Part shown: in pieces, positions 9,606 to 18,091 of the stretch
How positions within the stretch are numbered: the first letter of the stretch is position 1
Layout: each line of letters starts with the position of its first letter
Assembly (NCBI GenBank): GCA_003223695.1
Contig: QHVY01000144.1
Location: forward strand, 1-29,703
Reading direction: 5' to 3'
Length of the DNA stretch: 29,703 bases
Source: Acidobacteriota bacterium
Lineage (GTDB): Bacteria; Acidobacteriota; Thermoanaerobaculia; Gp7-AA8
The notes under the pieces: generated by a model
The model's input: only the letters and a program-made list of their open reading frames with translations
What the model was told of the DNA's origin: nothing
The model's database searches: none
Program-made: the position numbers and the translations under genes

Positions 9606-10001
9606 CTACTCCTCGGAACCCGAGGATTGCAGATGGAGGGCGTTTGTCAAGAATGCCGGTTGCCGCTTCTCGTAGACGCTATGGCCGACGAACTGGAAGA
9701 TCCAGCCGAGGATGAAGAAGGCGACGTTGATCCAGAAGGGGAGCGCGGCTCCGATCAAATAAAAAACGGCCGAGATCAGCAACATCAATGCTGCGAGCCG
9801 CCAATCGAGGATCGCGTACACAATCTCAGCGATGACGATCAGGACGATTGCGGCATCCACATGAGGGGCAATCGGTACACGGGCGAGCATGCCGACCAGC
9901 GTCAGCATGATCATCGGGATTCCGAAACGATGGAACCACTTGTTGCCTTTCGTCTGATGATGGGAGGCGTAATCGGCAAAAAGTGCACGGATGTCGCGCA
10001 T
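9606..10001 (-). CDS. DUF962/Mpo1-like membrane protein, C-terminus possibly truncated
   Basis: MRDIRALFADYASHHQTKGNKWFHRFGIP...GWIFQFVGHSVYEKRQPAF matches my recollection of the DUF962 pattern. Confidence 0.75.
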   Translation of the reverse strand: MRDIRALFADYASHHQTKGNKWFHRFGIPMIMLTLVGMLARVPIAPHVDAAIVLIVIAEIVYAILDWRLAALMLLISAVFYLIGAALPFWINVAFFILGWIFQFVGHSVYEKRQPAFLTNALHLQSSGSEE

Positions 10002-10009
10002 GGCCAGCA

Positions 10010-10015
10010 ATTCTA
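10010..10015 (-). promoter_or_regulatory. -10 hexamer (TAGAAT) 8 nt before ATG 10001; putative leaderless promoter
   Basis: The minus strand reads TAGAAT-tgctggcc-ATG. Confidence 0.45.
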
Positions 10016-10057
10016 AGATAGGCTCTCGCCACCGAAATCGGAAGGGAGCCATTCTGA

Positions 10058-11530
10058 ATGCGCAAGTTGTCATTTCTGCTTTGCCTCTTCGCGGCCGCGG
10101 CGTTTGGCCAGAGCAACAACAGCAAAGATCCGACCTGGTGGGACAAATATCAGTACATCCTCAATAACGGGCCGGCCGCTGATCCGGGGTCAACGAGCTC
10201 GGTTTCGTCCAGCGGCAACGTGGACGTGTCGAACGAATGCGGCCCGCAGAGCGAGACGTACATCACGATCAACCCAGCGAACACGAAGAATCTGGCGGGC
10301 GGATCCAACGAGATTTTCCGTCTGCCGATGCGCGGATATTTCTCGAGCGACGGCGGCAAATCGTGGGGCGGCGTCGATGCTCCTCTTCCTCCGGCGATCG
10401 GCGCGAACGGTATCGATTTCGGCTCGGATCCGACGCTGGCGTTCGACTCGCGCGGCAACCTCTTTTACGGTTATATCGTCGTCTTCTTCGGAAACGGTAA
10501 CGGCATCAACGGAACTGAGTTGGCCGTAGCGAAATCGACGGATGGCGGCAAAACGTATCCGAGCGTGACGTACTTCTCGTTCAACGGCGGCGAAGATCAT
10601 TTCAACGACAAGCCGATGATCACGGCGGACAATGCGCCGGCCTCGCCGTTCCGCGACAACATCTACGTGGCGTGGGACGCGGCGATCGGCGGCTCGACCG
10701 GAGGCGGAATCCGCCTGGCGACGTCGAGCGATCAGGGCGCCACCTTCACGGTGACGCGCGCGGATGATCCGAAAGGGCCCGGCCGCGCAATCGGCGCCGT
10801 TCCATTCGTCGGCACGAACGGCGAGCTTTACGTCGCATGGAACGATTACGCCGCGAACACCATCGCGTTCAATCGCTCGTTCGACGCCGGCGCGACGTGG
10901 GACAAGCAGAGCGTGATCGCCGGCAAGGCAATTCCGTTCGACATCCGCATTCCCGCGGAGAGTTTCCGAGGAGCGTTGGTCTATCCGTCCTGCGATGTCG
11001 ATCGAAGCAGCGGCGCGCATCGCGGACGTCTCGTCTGCTCGTGGATGAATTTGTCGGGCAACGGGACCACCGATATTTTCACGTCGTACTCAGATGACAA
11101 AGGCACGAGCTGGTCGTTGCCGAAACCGGCGACCGACCAGCTCGCGTTTGCAGTCGATCGCTTCAATCATTGGTTGTCGATCGATCCGACCAACGGCGTC
11201 GTGAATGTCTCGTTCTATGACACACGAAACGACACGACCGGTTTCCGCTACATGACGGATACGTACTTGTCGCGCTCGAGCGACGGCGGCGCGACGTTCG
11301 CCTCGAACGTGCGCGTCTCCACGGTCAGCTCGAACGAGCACGACTGCGACGGCGTTTTCCCCTGCCGCTCGATCAACTACGGCAATCAGCAGGGCGACTA
11401 CGAAGGCCTCGTCGCGTACGGCGGGGTCGCACATCCGATCTGGACCGACAGCCGGCGCAACACCGAACCGGCGCCCGGCTGCACCGCCAGAGGGCTGATG
11501 GAGGAAGTGTTCACTGCCAGCGTGAAGTAG
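10058..11530 (+). CDS. Secreted sialidase-like/BNR (Asp-box) beta-propeller protein
   Basis: Signal peptide (MRKLSFLLCLFAAAAFG) and six Asp-boxes (SSDGGKSW, STDGGKTY, SSDQGATF, SFDAGATW, SDDKGTSW, SSDGGATF), plus DKPMIT and GDYEG motifs. Confidence 0.85.
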   Translation: MRKLSFLLCLFAAAAFGQSNNSKDPTWWDKYQYILNNGPAADPGSTSSVSSSGNVDVSNECGPQSETYITINPANTKNLAGGSNEIFRLPMRGYFSSDGGKSWGGVDAPLPPAIGANGIDFGSDPTLAFDSRGNLFYGYIVVFFGNGNGINGTELAVAKSTDGGKTYPSVTYFSFNGGEDHFNDKPMITADNAPASPFRDNIYVAWDAAIGGSTGGGIRLATSSDQGATFTVTRADDPKGPGRAIGAVPFVGTNGELYVAWNDYAANTIAFNRSFDAGATWDKQSVIAGKAIPFDIRIPAESFRGALVYPSCDVDRSSGAHRGRLVCSWMNLSGNGTTDIFTSYSDDKGTSWSLPKPATDQLAFAVDRFNHWLSIDPTNGVVNVSFYDTRNDTTGFRYMTDTYLSRSSDGGATFASNVRVSTVSSNEHDCDGVFPCRSINYGNQQGDYEGLVAYGGVAHPIWTDSRRNTEPAPGCTARGLMEEVFTASVK

Positions 11531-11536
11531 TTCAGT

Positions 11537-11561
11537 GTAGGGGCGGGCTTCAGCCCGCCCC
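11537..11561. repeat. Single GTAG-tagged REP
   Basis: gtaggggcgggcttcagcccgcccc: a GTAG tag followed by a GC-rich hairpin, intergenic. Confidence 0.85.
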
Positions 11562-11568
11562 AGCAACC

Positions 11569-11817
11569 ATGAAGGTCACCGTCATCGTCGAGCTGAAGCC
11601 CTCGGTTCTCGACCCTCAGGGAAAAGCGATTCAGCATTCGCTGAGCTCGCTTGGATTTTCGGGTGTGGAAGATGTACGGGCTGGCAAATTGTTTCGAATC
11701 ACGTTGGCGGATAGTGGGCAGTCACGACCGGAAGTCGAGCAGCAGATTCGGCAAATGTGTGAGAAGCTCCTCGCGAATACGGTCATCGAAAACTTCTCCT
11801 ACACAATCGAGGGGTGA
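11569..11817 (+). CDS. purS: Phosphoribosylformylglycinamidine synthase subunit PurS
   Basis: 82 aa with LKPSVLDPQG, VRAGK and CEKLLANTVIENF. Confidence 0.95.
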   Translation: MKVTVIVELKPSVLDPQGKAIQHSLSSLGFSGVEDVRAGKLFRITLADSGQSRPEVEQQIRQMCEKLLANTVIENFSYTIEG

Positions 11818-12772
11818 TCGCGCAGCAGCCACGATCGTGCTGCTCACTTTATCCGCCGCGATCTCCCTTCAAGCGCAAACTCCGCTCGCGGTCATCCCAA
11901 CAAACGACTCGAAGATCGTTCGCCGCTGGTCGCTTCCAGGCGATCCGCATGGCATCGCGATCGGCGCCGACGGCACGATTTACGTTGGCCTTGCGCAGCC
12001 GCAGGCTGTCGTGGCGATCGATCCTGCACGCGGCACAATCAAGAAGCGGGTGGTCCTTGCAGCGACAAAAGAGCTCGTCACGATGCGAATGAGCGCCGAC
12101 GGAAAGCACCTCTATGTCGCAAATGGCAGCGACGAGAGCGTCACGATCCTCGAGCTGCCTGACCTCCACGTCGCCCGCGAGATCACGATCGAAGGTGAGC
12201 CGATCCGCGACGCGCTTCCCGATCCGAAAGGACGTTACCTGTTTGTTCTTGGTCATCGCGTGCATGTTTACGACGCGAGCGGCAACGAGGAACTACGCAT
12301 GCTCGCCCTGGATGAGCCGACGGCGATCGCCGCTACCGACTCACATTTGGCGGTGCTCACCAAAGATCGACTGACGTTCTACGAGACCAAAGGCTTCCAG
12401 GAAACCGGATTCGTCGCGGGACTGAACGGGATTGAAGCCGCTCTGTTTGCCGGCCGCGTCCTTCTTCTCCTCGGCCACGACACACTTTATGAAGTCTCAC
12501 AAAAGACGATCAGCGAACCGATCTGCCTCCCGAAGGGAAGCGGGCCGCAAATCGCCACGCTCGCAGCGCCACGCCTTCTGCTATTCGCTGAACGGCGATG
12601 CAGCAGCAGCGGCGCGTTTTCCAGCGCCGATCATCTCGTCACGCCGGCATCGCTCTACGGCGTGAACGCGTACGCAGTGGCATATGACGGGCAATCGAAT
12701 CTGCTCTACACGACCGAGCGCGCGGGATACCTTACAATTTACCGTGTGCCCAGACCGGCGGTCGCTCATTAG
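11814..12772 (+). CDS. Secreted YncE/YVTN-like beta-propeller protein; probable 1-nt deletion near 11820
   Basis: Beta-propeller-like repeats (PHGIAIGADGTIYV, ADGKHLYVAN, PKGRYLFV). The GTGA-coupled start at 11814 is out of frame; one extra C gives the signal peptide MIRAAATIVLLTLSAAISLQA. An in-frame GTG at 11837 is the alternative start. Confidence 0.7.
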
Positions 12773-12837
12773 GTTGTCAGTTATCGGTTGTCGGTTGTCC
12801 CCACCCGCCGACAACCGACAACTGACAACCGACAACC
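12772..12837. repeat. Heptamer-arm hairpin H1: (GGTTGTC)4, 10-nt loop, (GACAACC)4
   Basis: Four tandem 7-mers per arm in inverted orientation, filling the spacer before purQ. Confidence 0.95.
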
Positions 12838-12841
12838 AATT

Positions 12842-13537
12842 ATGAAATTCGGCATCGTCGTTCTTCCCGGATCCAACTGCGATCACGACGCGCTCCACGT
12901 CACGCGCGACATCATCGGCGCTGAGGCCGAAGTGCTCTGGCACAAAGACACGGACCTCAAAGGCGTCGACTGCGTGATCATCCCCGGCGGGTTCGCGTAC
13001 GGCGATTACTTGCGTGCCGGAGCGCTGGCGAAATTCGCTCCGATCATGGAGCCCATCCGCCATCATGCCGCCGCGGGCGGCATCGTCTTCGGCATCTGCA
13101 ATGGATTTCAGGTGCTCACGGAAGTCGGACTTCTTCCCGGCGCGCTGATGCGCAACGCGCATCTGCGCTTCGCCAGCCGCGACATCCTTCTGCGCACCGA
13201 AGAAACCGACACGCCGTTCACGAGCGAACTCACGAACGGAGAAATTCTGCGGATGCCGATCGCTCATGGCGAAGGAAACTATTTCGCTGATCCGGCTACG
13301 CTCGATGAGCTCGAACGCAACCGGCAGGTGATCTTCCGCTATTGCGACAGCGAAGGACGAATCATCTCGGAAGCGAATCCGAACGGCTCGGCGCGCAACA
13401 TCGCCGGCATCTGCAATCGCGAGCGTAACGTCCTCGGCATGATGCCGCATCCGGAACGCTGCTCCGAGGCGCTGTTGGGGAACGCGGATGGCGTGGGTGT
13501 GTTCAAATCGATTGCGGCATCGCTGGCGCGCGTGTGA
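12842..13537 (+). CDS. purQ: Phosphoribosylformylglycinamidine synthase subunit PurQ (glutaminase)
   Basis: [55 protein letters not shown]. The true start is ATG 12842; the upstream ORF extension is repeat-derived. Confidence 0.95.
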   Translation: MKFGIVVLPGSNCDHDALHVTRDIIGAEAEVLWHKDTDLKGVDCVIIPGGFAYGDYLRAGALAKFAPIMEPIRHHAAAGGIVFGICNGFQVLTEVGLLPGALMRNAHLRFASRDILLRTEETDTPFTSELTNGEILRMPIAHGEGNYFADPATLDELERNRQVIFRYCDSEGRIISEANPNGSARNIAGICNRERNVLGMMPHPERCSEALLGNADGVGVFKSIAASLARV

Positions 13538-14451
13538 GAATCGCAGCCGCCGTTGTCATTCTCCTCACATCGCCCGCGCTCGCTGACGAAGTCACACTGC
13601 AAACGCCGACTGGCACGCTTTACGGCACACTGCTCGTGCCGCCCGCTCGTGCGACGCTGGCGGTAGTTCTGATCATCGCCGGCTCGGGGCCGACCGATCG
13701 CGATGGAAACTCCGCTCTTGAACAAGCTCCGAACAACTCCTACCGGATGCTCGCTGAGGCGCTCGCCGCGCTGGACATCGCCTCGCTGCAATATGACAAA
13801 CGCGGTGTGGCGGCAAGTGCTGCGGCATTCACTAGCGACATGACGATCGAGACCGAGATCAGCGATGCTATTGGATGGCTCCAGCAGCTTCGGAGCGATC
13901 CTCGATTTTCACTGCTCATCGTCGCCGGGCACAGTGAAGGATCATTGATCGGAATTATTGCCGCAGAAAGGATGCCGGTCGACCGCGTGATCTCACTCGC
14001 AGGCGCAGGCCGGCCAGCGGGCGACGTCATCCTGTCGCAGATCGAGGCACAATTCACGCCCGCGCTGATCGACGCTGCACGAAAAATTGTCGCCTCGTTA
14101 AATGCCGGCGTTACCGTCCCCAATTCGATGGTGCCGTTTGGACTCAGATTCATTTTCGACGAAAGTGGGCAACCGTATCTCATCTCCTGGTTTCGCTACG
14201 ATCCGGCGGTGGAGATTGGCCGATTGATGATTCCGGTTTTGATCGTACAGGGCACGGCTGACACTCAGGTCACTATCGACGACGCGATGCGACTGTCGAA
14301 CGCGAACCGTGTGGCGGAGCTGCAGATCATCACCGGCATGAATCACGAACTGAAAGATGCGTCCGATCCGACTTCGCCGATCGATCGCATTTTGGTCGCT
14401 ACTGTCACGAGTTTTATCCAGCCGCCGGTCCGTCGCCGCGCAGTCCGTTAG
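13534..14451 (+). CDS. Secreted alpha/beta hydrolase (serine aminopeptidase/esterase-like)
   Basis: Signal peptide, [20 protein letters not shown] nucleophile elbow, QGTAD and GMNH; the C-terminus is PPVRRRAVR. Confidence 0.85.
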   Translation: MRIAAAVVILLTSPALADEVTLQTPTGTLYGTLLVPPARATLAVVLIIAGSGPTDRDGNSALEQAPNNSYRMLAEALAALDIASLQYDKRGVAASAAAFTSDMTIETEISDAIGWLQQLRSDPRFSLLIVAGHSEGSLIGIIAAERMPVDRVISLAGAGRPAGDVILSQIEAQFTPALIDAARKIVASLNAGVTVPNSMVPFGLRFIFDESGQPYLISWFRYDPAVEIGRLMIPVLIVQGTADTQVTIDDAMRLSNANRVAELQIITGMNHELKDASDPTSPIDRILVATVTSFIQPPVRRRAVR

Positions 14452-14454
14452 AAT
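14449..14454 (+). promoter_or_regulatory. -10-like hexamer (TAGAAT) 9 nt before ATG 14464
   Basis: TAGAAT-cgccggcgg-ATG. It overlaps the upstream TAG stop, so it could be coincidental. Confidence 0.3.
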
Positions 14455-14463
14455 CGCCGGCGG

Positions 14464-15189
14464 ATGCCGAAAACTGTGTTGATCACCGGCGGGGCGCGAG
14501 GGATCGGGCGCGTCACGGCCATGCGCCTGCTCGCTGACGGCTATAACGTCGCCTTCACGTACACGAGGTCGAAAAAGGCAGCCGAGGAATTTGTGAGCAC
14601 CGATCGCGAGCGGCTGCACGCGTATCCAGGTGACGTTCGCGATGACGCGCGCAATCGCGCGGTTGTCGAAGACGTCATTACGCGCTTTGGAGCGCTCGAT
14701 GCCCTTGTGAACAATGCCGGGATTCGTCGCGACGCGTTGATGTTCAGCATGACGGACGAGCAGTGGGACGACGTTCTGGACACGAATCTGCGCGGCGCGT
14801 TCTCGATGACGCACGCCGCGCTGCCGATCATGCTGAAGCAGCGCCGCGGCGCAGTGGTGAACGTGGCCTCGGTGTCCGGATTGCACGGCGTCGTCGGCCA
14901 GACGAACTACTCGGCGGCGAAGGGGGGCTTGATTGCGATGACGCGGTCGCTTGCGCGTGAGGTCGCGCGCAGCGGAATTCGCATCAACTGCGTGGCGCCT
15001 GGCCTCGTCGAGACGGACATGCTCACAGGTCTCGATGCCGACATGAAGCGAAACATGATTCACGAGATCCCAATGCGGCGCGCGATTCGTGCGGACGAAG
15101 TCGCAGCGGCGATTGCCTTTCTCATTTCTGACGATTCGAGCGGGATCACCGGCCAGGTCCTGTGCATTGATGGCGGAGTGTCTGCGTGA
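14464..15189 (+). CDS. fabG: Short-chain dehydrogenase, 3-oxoacyl-ACP reductase (FabG)-like
   Basis: TGGARGIG, NNAGIRRD, YSAAKGG, NCVAPGLVETDM. The SDR family call is certain; FabG function is likely. Confidence 0.75.
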   Translation: MPKTVLITGGARGIGRVTAMRLLADGYNVAFTYTRSKKAAEEFVSTDRERLHAYPGDVRDDARNRAVVEDVITRFGALDALVNNAGIRRDALMFSMTDEQWDDVLDTNLRGAFSMTHAALPIMLKQRRGAVVNVASVSGLHGVVGQTNYSAAKGGLIAMTRSLAREVARSGIRINCVAPGLVETDMLTGLDADMKRNMIHEIPMRRAIRADEVAAAIAFLISDDSSGITGQVLCIDGGVSA

Positions 15190-16160
15190 ATACGTTCGCC
15201 GTTGACCGTTCGCCGTTGGCCGAGACAGAGAGCCCCTCACAGCCAACGGCCAACGGCCAACAGCCAACTTTCTCAGTGGTCATTCCGACGCATAACCGCA
15301 TCACGATGCTGCAGCGCGTTCTCGACGCACTTGGTCAGCAGCAGGAAGCGCCGGAGTTCGAGACGATCGTGATCAATGACGGCTCGACGGACGAGACGGA
15401 AAAGATTTTGACGCAGCGCAGCGGAATTGTCTTTCGCTCGCAGCCGAACTCCGGGCCAGGTCACGCGAGGAACCACGGAGTCTCGCTCGCACGCGGCCGC
15501 TTCATCGTCTTCATCGGCGACGATACGGTTCCCGAGCCGCGCTTCCTCGCCGAGCATGCCCGCACGCATCACGATTCCCACGATGATCGGCTTATCGCAT
15601 GTCTCGGTTACACGGGGTGGCCGCGCAGCGAGCGTGTTACCGCCTTCATGGATTACATAAACGATTATGGTCTTCAATTTGGATATAGATTAATTGAAGA
15701 CGGTGAAACGGTTCCATTCAACTTTTTCTACACGTCGAACATCTCGATCGACCGGCAGCTCCTCCTCGAGAATCCGTTCGACACCACGTTCCCATCCGCC
15801 GCGTGGGAGGACATCGAGCTCGCCTATCGTCTGGAGGCGCGCGGCCTCAAGATCCGCTATAACGCGAAGGCGGTGACGCGTCACTATCATCAGATGAATG
15901 TCGACTCCTTTGCCCGGCGGCAGTACACGGTTGGGAAATCGGGGGCGATTTTTTATCGCAAGCACCCGGAGCTCGGACATTTCCTCGGCGTACACGAGCT
16001 CGAATCGCGCCGTCTGGCGAATGAACGCCAGCTCGCGCGCCTCCATCGCCGCGCCCGACTCGGCGAGCGATTTCGGTTTCTCGCGCGCAATGATGTCTTC
16101 GAGAGGTTGATGCGCGAACACTACCTTCGCGGATTGAAAGATGGTCTTCATCACACTTGA
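15186..16160 (+). CDS. GT2 family glycosyltransferase
   Basis: SVVIPTHNR, INDGSTD, GPGHARNHG, FIGDDT and WEDIEL. The GTG start overlaps the SDR stop. Confidence 0.9.
   Translation: MNTFAVDRSPLAETESPSQPTANGQQPTFSVVIPTHNRITMLQRVLDALGQQQEAPEFETIVINDGSTDETEKILTQRSGIVFRSQPNSGPGHARNHGVSLARGRFIVFIGDDTVPEPRFLAEHARTHHDSHDDRLIACLGYTGWPRSERVTAFMDYINDYGLQFGYRLIEDGETVPFNFFYTSNISIDRQLLLENPFDTTFPSAAWEDIELAYRLEARGLKIRYNAKAVTRHYHQMNVDSFARRQYTVGKSGAIFYRKHPELGHFLGVHELESRRLANERQLARLHRRARLGERFRFLARNDVFERLMREHYLRGLKDGLHHT
15193..15268. repeat. Heptamer-arm hairpin H2 (CGTTGGC-like / ACGGCCA-like, 4+4 units) inside the GT2 N-terminus
   Basis: cgttcgc cgttgac cgttcgc cgttggc ... acagcca acggcca acggcca acagcca; the reading frame stays open. 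Confidence 0.9.
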
Positions 16161-16758
16161 AGGCATCGAAGGCTCCGGTAAGACGACGCAGCTCCGCAAG
16201 CTGGCGGAACGCATTCCGAACGTGCTGGTGACGAAAGAGCCAGGCGGCACGCCCACTGCGGATCGCATTCGAGCGATCTTGCTCGACACGCGCGAGAAGA
16301 TTGATCCCGTCGCGGAACTTTTTCTTTTCGCCGCATCGCGGCGGCAACATGTCACCGAGGTGATCCGCCCTGCCCTTGCCGAAGGACGCGTCGTGATCTG
16401 CGATCGATTCACTGATGCCACGCTCGCGTATCAGGGCTTTGGTCGCCTTCTCGATCTCGATCGGCTGCGCGGACTGAACGACTGGGCGACAGATTCGCTG
16501 AAGCCCGATCTCACGTTGATTTTCGACCTGCCCGAGGAGGTCGGATTGACGCGCGCGCGATCGCGCAATACGAAGGCGCCCCTCGACGAAGGACGCTTCG
16601 AGCTCGAAGATCTTCGATTTCATCGCCGCGTTCGCGAGGGCTACCTCGCACTCGCCGCCTCCGATCCAAAGCGTTATGCAGTGATCGACGCTACGGGAGC
16701 AGCGGACGAAGTTTTCGCGCGCACATGGCAGGTTCTGCAAGAGCGAGTGCCGATATGA
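16141..16758 (+). CDS. tmk: Thymidylate kinase
   Basis: FITLEGIEGSGKTTQ, KEPGGT, LLFAASRRQH-like segment, CDRFTDATLAYQG. Confidence 0.95.
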   Translation: MVFITLEGIEGSGKTTQLRKLAERIPNVLVTKEPGGTPTADRIRAILLDTREKIDPVAELFLFAASRRQHVTEVIRPALAEGRVVICDRFTDATLAYQGFGRLLDLDRLRGLNDWATDSLKPDLTLIFDLPEEVGLTRARSRNTKAPLDEGRFELEDLRFHRRVREGYLALAASDPKRYAVIDATGAADEVFARTWQVLQERVPI

Positions 16759-17534
16759 ACAATGCTGGAGCGCTGTTAGCCGACACCGCGCGTCGCGGGG
16801 AGCTGCATCATGCGGTGATTCTGCATGGACCGTCAGCCGAGGCGTTGCGCGACGCGGCGATTCGAATCGCCAAAGCGCTGAATTGTCTGAATCGAACGAG
16901 CGGCGACGATTGCCTCGCATGTCAGCGGATCGAGCGGCGCATTCATCCGGACGTGCACTTCATCGAAGTTGGCAGCGAGCGAAAGCTGATTAGCGTCGAA
17001 CAGATCCGCGACATCGTCGCTGCGGCCATCCTGCGGCCATACGAAGGGCGCAACAAAGTCTTCATCATCGATCCTGCGGATGCGCTGAGCGCCGGCGGAT
17101 CGAATTCGCTGTTGAAAACGCTCGAGGAACCGGTCCGCGACACGACGTTCATTCTGCTCACGCGCTCGCCCGACTTGCTGCTGCCGACGATCCGCTCGCG
17201 GTCGCAGGCGATTTACGTCGGAGGAAACGTGCAGCGCGATGAGGAGCTGGCGGCGGATATCGCCGTGCTGCTCGAACAGTTCGCCACGAAAAAAGAATCG
17301 GCGGCGCTGCTCGCGATTGCGGCCGTACTGGCCGGTCAGGAAGACCTCAGCCAGTCGATGGCGCTACTAGCAGAAATTCTGTGCGACGCCGCCGCCGGCC
17401 GTCCGGCGCTTGCCATTCCTCGCGAGCGGCTCCTCGCCGCGGCCGATGCATCGGTATTCAACACGCGATGGCTGATGGTCAACGCGGATGCGCGGATGAT
17501 CGTCGAGCAGGCGCTGCCAGCGCTCATCACCTGA
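16755..17534 (+). CDS. holB: DNA polymerase III delta-prime subunit (short form)
   Basis: Zn-finger cysteines (LNC...CLAC), HPDVH, ISVEQIR, NSLLKTLEEP, LLPTIRSR. ATGA-coupled to tmk, matching conserved tmk-holB synteny. Confidence 0.9.
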   Translation: MNNAGALLADTARRGELHHAVILHGPSAEALRDAAIRIAKALNCLNRTSGDDCLACQRIERRIHPDVHFIEVGSERKLISVEQIRDIVAAAILRPYEGRNKVFIIDPADALSAGGSNSLLKTLEEPVRDTTFILLTRSPDLLLPTIRSRSQAIYVGGNVQRDEELAADIAVLLEQFATKKESAALLAIAAVLAGQEDLSQSMALLAEILCDAAAGRPALAIPRERLLAAADASVFNTRWLMVNADARMIVEQALPALIT

Positions 17535-17535
17535 C

Positions 17536-17627
17536 GAAATTTCAAATGAAAAATGAAAAATGAAAAATGAAAAATCGTCGCTATGCCGGCTTTCATTTTT
17601 CATTCTTAATTCGAAATTCGAAATTTC
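17536..17627. repeat. Heptamer-arm hairpin H3a (AAAATGA / TTTCATT / CGAAATT units)
   Basis: Tandem 7-mers in inverted arms directly after the holB stop. Confidence 0.9.
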
Positions 17628-17727
17628 GCTTTTGAGATTCCGCCACTGGCGAAATGCGATGGCTGATGGTCAACGCGGATGCGCGGATGATCGTCGAGCA
17701 GGCGCTCGCAGCGCTGATCACCTGACG

Positions 17728-17831
17728 GAATTTCAAATTTCAAATTTCAAATGAAAAATAAAAAATAAAAAACGTGGTTCCGCCGGCTTTCATTTTTCAT
17801 GCTTAATTCTTAATTCGAAATTCGAAATTTC
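17728..17831. repeat. Heptamer-arm hairpin H3b (variant copy of H3a)
   Basis: Same architecture as H3a with different unit counts (three AATTTCA units, an extra CTTAATT). Confidence 0.9.
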
Positions 17832-17855
17832 GCTTTTGAGATTGCGGCACTGGCG

Positions 17856-17892
17856 AAAAAAATTTGCCCCGTCCCGCTTGGCGGGACGGGGC
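17856..17892 (-). terminator. Intrinsic terminator for a minus-strand transcript
   Basis: 12-bp perfect GC stem gccccgtcccgc/gcgggacggggc with a 3-nt loop. A run of seven A on the + strand (17856-17862) gives the U-tract on the minus strand. Confidence 0.8.
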
Positions 17893-18042
17893 GGGGGTTA
17901 CTTACTGGATGTGCGTGGCGCGAACGCTCAGGGGTGAGTCAACAGATCGGTAAGGTTCAAAGAAGACTTCAAGAGGTACAACTTTGAGGCAGGCTCAGTA
18001 CAACAGGAAGCAGATTCTCGCCTGCCCATCCAGTAATTCCTC
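17893..18042 (-). ncRNA. Candidate structured small RNA of about 150 nt, family unassigned (a 33-aa small ORF is the alternative)
   Basis: ttactggatg (17902-17911) pairs with catccagtaa (18027-18036). The pairing continues inward through further helices and internal loops. It is flanked by an AT-rich promoter-like region and a terminator, and no ORF-track ORF covers it. Confidence 0.4.
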
Positions 18043-18055
18043 AATGGTCAATACG

Positions 18056-18091
18056 GAGAAATTATCGCACACTTTGTGAAAAATTTCTCAA
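18056..18091 (-). promoter_or_regulatory. Putative sigma70-type promoter overlapped by an imperfect palindrome
   Basis: The minus strand reads TTGAGA-19 nt-GATAAT with an extended -10 TG; the spacing is longer than ideal. The palindrome is GAGAAATT..CACA-ctt-TGTG..AATTTCTC at 18056-18089. Confidence 0.4.

Larger units (their letters stand above)
17465..17858. repeat. Imperfect tandem duplication (190 bp + 203 bp) of the holB 3' end and downstream hairpin
   Basis: Unit 1 is 17465-17654 and unit 2 is 17656-17858. Both run gcgatggctgatggtcaacgcg...cactggcgaaa, with substitutions and 7-nt indels between them. Confidence 0.95.

Noticed and set aside
12788-12841. N-terminal extensions of PurQ (from 12788), M28 (from 26481), RlmA-like (from 24267) and the dehydratase (from 22591)
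   Set aside because: The extensions translate repeats or the opposite-strand gene; family-typical N-termini begin at the downstream starts I used.
17465-17858. attL/attR of an element integrated in the holB 3' end
   Set aside because: The copies are directly adjacent with no cargo or integrase between them, and the duplication includes downstream intergenic DNA.
17926-18014. SRP (4.5S) RNA, suggested by TCAGG and GGAAGCAG
   Set aside because: The two motifs are about 75 nt apart instead of flanking a short GNRA-capped stem, and the required base pairs do not form.
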